Positions 61,091 through 64,000 of a DNA stretch of 64,000 nucleotides are shown in pieces. Source of the stretch: Squalus acanthias (lineage: Eukaryota). Location of the stretch: positions 41,294,001 to 41,358,000 of the forward strand of contig CM059432.1 in the NCBI GenBank assembly GCA_030390025.1. The letters are read 5' to 3'. The stretch's first letter is position 1. The number at the start of each line of letters is the position of its first letter. The notes beneath the pieces are model-generated. The model was given only the letters and a program-made list of their open reading frames with translations, ran no database searches and had not been told where the DNA came from. The position numbers and the translations under genes are program-made.

Positions 61091-62319
61091 TTCATCGTGG
61101 CTTTCAAAAGGCAGTTGGATACGTACCTTGAGGAAAAAATTTGCAAGGCTATGGGGAAAGGGCAGGGGAGTGGGAATAGCTGAAGTGCTCTTGCAGAGAA
61201 CCAGCCCGGGCTCGATGGGCCGAATGGCCACCTTCTGTGCTGTAACCATTCTATGATTCTATGATAGTCCCAATCGCCTCCATCTGTGCTGTAAACTTTT
61301 ATGGTTCTATGGAGCACGGGCTGTTTCAGCTTTGCTGATTTTCAAGAAAGATAGTTGACAAATATGCATGCTCACCTGCTGTATTCATTGAAAATCACTA
61401 TAATCCTATTTACTTGTATCTGTCGTTGATCTCTTTGAAATCAATATCCTGTTTGTACTTGTAATTGGTATGAAACTGAGGTAGCACCTGAAGTTTGAAA
61501 ATGTTTAATGTAAAGACTGAGATGAATATGGTATTAAAACTTGTGTGATTGGTGATTGTTCACTTCACTCTAACCTCCAACTTAGAGGTAAGTCCTAAAA
61601 ATACTATCGTACATATTCTTCCTTTATTGAAGTTGCAATTCATCACTATCTCCTACTCAAATTCCTTCTTTTATAATGGTGGTAACTCCTTTCCTCCTCT
61701 AGTTTTTCCTTTCTCTTACCATCTTCAGGCATTTGAAACCCATGATCAGTGTCCCCAATCACTACTTCCTAGGAAAGTTGACCCACTGCCAGCACACATC
61801 CGAATGTTGTCGGGATGATGCTTATGATTTTCTGATATGCACTGCCAGCAAATGAGGTTCTCTGCTGCCAGCATGTACTCAGAAAATTACCCAGCCTAAT
61901 TTATCTTGACTTCTCTCTTACTACTTTCAACCCTGTGGGTGTCCTACACTTTGGCACCTGACTACTTTTCTTGGTTTCTTAATAAATAAAATCTGAATGA
62001 GGTAAGAACAACATGACTTCGGTGAAAGCATAATAAAGTAGTAACATGGGTTTCTGGACGTATATGAGATAATTTGCTGACATGTATCTTCAAGTCCGAC
62101 ATCACTGTGTAGGGTAACTAGATTTTTTAAGCAGTGCAGTACTGGGACATAAGGCCAGAAACTAATTTCTCCATTAAAAGAACTGCCGGATGGACAGAAA
62201 ATTGTGGATTGGTGCAAGCAGAAGCAGAAAACCCTGGTGAGATATTCCTTAGCAGCAGAATAATACACTGTGCATTACATGGTATAAAACTCCTGTACTG
62301 GTAAAACATTTCAAATCCC

Positions 62320-62620
62320 TCCAGTTTGGCTTCAGCCCTGCTTACATCATGACCACTCTGGTTATACTGACAACTGACTTCCTATGTGACTGTGACCATC
62401 GTATGTTATCCCTCTATGTTCTTCTCAATCCATCCACAGTATTTGACGCAGTCGACCATAACATCCTCCTCCAATGCCTCTACTCTGTCGGGACAGCTGC
62501 TGTGTTGCTCTTAAGTGCCCTTACAAGGCAGTCAGCATGTCTTCAGCGATGGCTTCTCTTTCCAACCCTCCATATTTCCTCAAGGATCCTTCATAGGCCC
62601 ATTCCTTGCCTTGTGTGATA
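62320..62620 (+). mobile_element. Degenerate L2 RT fragment
   Basis: DFLCDCDH..LSLYVLLNPSTVFDAVDHNILLQCL...PQGSFIGP. Confidence 0.65.
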
Positions 62621-63007
62621 TTGACACAAAGAATAGCATTGGCCATTCCTGCCACCTGCTGCTGTCACATTTAAGGATTTTTGATTTCATTTTTGGTCTT
62701 CACTGAAAGGATTTGGGAATTACTTATATTTAAGTGTTGTGTTTTAAAACAAAGTAATTTTGCACAAGGGTTTACTTGTTAGTGGTCAGGCACTGAAGAT
62801 CTGTATTAAAGTCAGACAAGCCAGTTTTAAAATGTCATGGTTCACAGTCTATTTCAAACTGAGATAATGAGGGTCAATCGCAATCCCTGCGCCCATTTTT
62901 GGGGGCTATCCAATTTAGCCCTCCCATGTCTCCTCCCCTATAGACTCCACTGAATGGGATCCTAGCATCTCCACCATCTCCTCCTCCTTCTACGTTAATA
63001 GATGGAA

Positions 63008-63451
63008 GGGCAACACGGTGGCATAATGGTTAGCACTGGTGCCTCACAGCACCAGGGACCCGCGTTCGAATCTGACCTCGGGTGACTGTCTGTGTGGAGT
63101 TTGCACATTCTCCCCGTGTCTGCGTGGGTTTCCTCCGGGTGCTCCGGTTTCCTCCCACAGTCCAAAAATGTGCGGGTTAGGTTGATTTGGCTATGATAAA
63201 TTGACCCTTAGTGTTAGGGGGGGATTAAATATGTGGGGTTATGGGGATAGGATAGGATATGTTAGGGGGAATTAAATACGTGGGGTTACGGGGGTAGGGT
63301 GGGATATGTGTACTGTGGGGATTAAAGCAGGGACAGGGTACTGGACTTGGATGATCAGCCATGATCGTATTGAATGGTGGAGCAGGCTCGACGGGCCGAA
63401 TGGCCTACTCCTGCTCCTAGATTCTATGTTTCTATGTTTCTATGTTTCTAT
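63008..63451 (+). mobile_element. Full-length HE1-like V-SINE (tRNA head, V-domain, CR1-type 3' tail)
   Basis: A box TGGCATAATGG, B box GTTCGAATC, V-domain TGTGTGGAGTTTGCACATTCTCCCCGTGTCTGCGTGGGTTTCCTCCGG, and tail GGCCTACTCCTGCTCCTA..(TTTCTATG)n. Confidence 0.9.
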
Positions 63452-63456
63452 GGATA

Positions 63457-63745
63457 AAAAACTTGCATTTATATAGTGCCTTTCAGACCCCCAAAGTTCT
63501 TCACAGTCAATTCACTACTTTTGAAGTGTAGTCACTATTGATTTAAAGGCAAACACAGCAGCCAATTTTTACACATCAAGACCACATAAACAGCAACGAG
63601 ATGAGTGACAAGTTAATCTGGGTTTTTTTGGTGTTGGTTGAGGGATAAGTGTTGGCCAGGACTCCTCACTGCTCTTCGAATAATGCCATGGGTTCTTTTA
63701 CATTGACCTGAACACGCATTCGGTGCCTCAGTTTAATATCTCACC
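63457..63745 (-). mobile_element. DeuSINE (SacSINE1-like), 5'-truncated
   Basis: ACTTGCATTTATATAGTGCCTTT tail and Deu-like block on the minus strand. Confidence 0.7.
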
Positions 63746-63766
63746 TGAAGCCTCGAGCAGTTGATG

Positions 63767-64000
63767 CCAGCCTTGGCTCAGTGATAGCACTCTAACTTCT
63801 GAGTCAGCTAGTTCAAGCCCCACAACAGGACGTAAGCATAAAATCCAGGCTGACACTTCAGTGCAGTAGTGAGGGAGTGCTGCACTGTCGGTGGTGCCAT
63901 TTTTTGGATGAAATGTTAAACCGACACCCTGTCTGCCCTCTCAGGGGGAGTTAAAAGATTCTATGACACTATTCGAAGAAGAGCAGACGAGTTTTCACGA
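63767..64000 (+). mobile_element. DeuSINE (SacSINE1-like), runs off the window end
   Basis: tRNA-like head TGGCTCAGTGATAGCAC..GTTCAAGCC, then CAGTGCAGTAGTGAGGGAGTGCTGCACTGTCGG...GTTAAACCGA Deu-like core. Confidence 0.75.

Larger units (their letters stand above)
56950..61265 (+). mobile_element. CR1 3' part in three pieces (56950-57302, 58295-58537, 61092-61265), split by a Penelope and an antisense CR1
   Basis: The reading continues across the inserts: ...KLGLFSL / EQRRLRGDL...VVEADS / IVAFKRQLD. (ATTCTATG)n tail. Confidence 0.88.

Noticed and set aside
63008..63080. tRNA gene
   Set aside because: The A and B boxes belong to a SINE head followed by a V-domain and a LINE-type tail.
52000..64000. 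Further cadherin exons (GTAAG donors near 61589 and 62002)
   Set aside because: No suitable upstream acceptor or cadherin-like reading frame was found by eye.

Overview
This is vertebrate genomic DNA, most likely from a shark or ray: it carries an HE1-like V-SINE, SacSINE1-like DeuSINEs and abundant CR1 LINEs. Host genes are the last three coding exons of the RGK-family GTPase GEM (+, 1235-6551) and, about 41 kb downstream on the same strand, a probable 5' end of CDH17. The CDH17 call rests on an HNF1/CDX/HNF4/GATA promoter cluster with a non-coding first exon near 48.1-48.2 kb and a signal-peptide exon at 51916-51985; neither is in the ORF track. The rest is dense with transposons. The most notable structure is a five-layer nest at 15050-29505: a decayed two-gene Harbinger whose Myb-gene TATA box is split by an unclassified element with 8-bp direct repeats, which holds a CR1 tail, which holds an apparently intact two-gene Harbinger (transposase plus 3-exon Myb/SANT gene), whose intron holds a young CR1. 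Also present are a Penelope-like retroelement with a minimal type I hammerhead ribozyme, an ORF1-less LINE, many Harbinger MITEs and several tandem or direct repeats. All calls were made by eye, with no database searches. Boundaries of old repeats are approximate.
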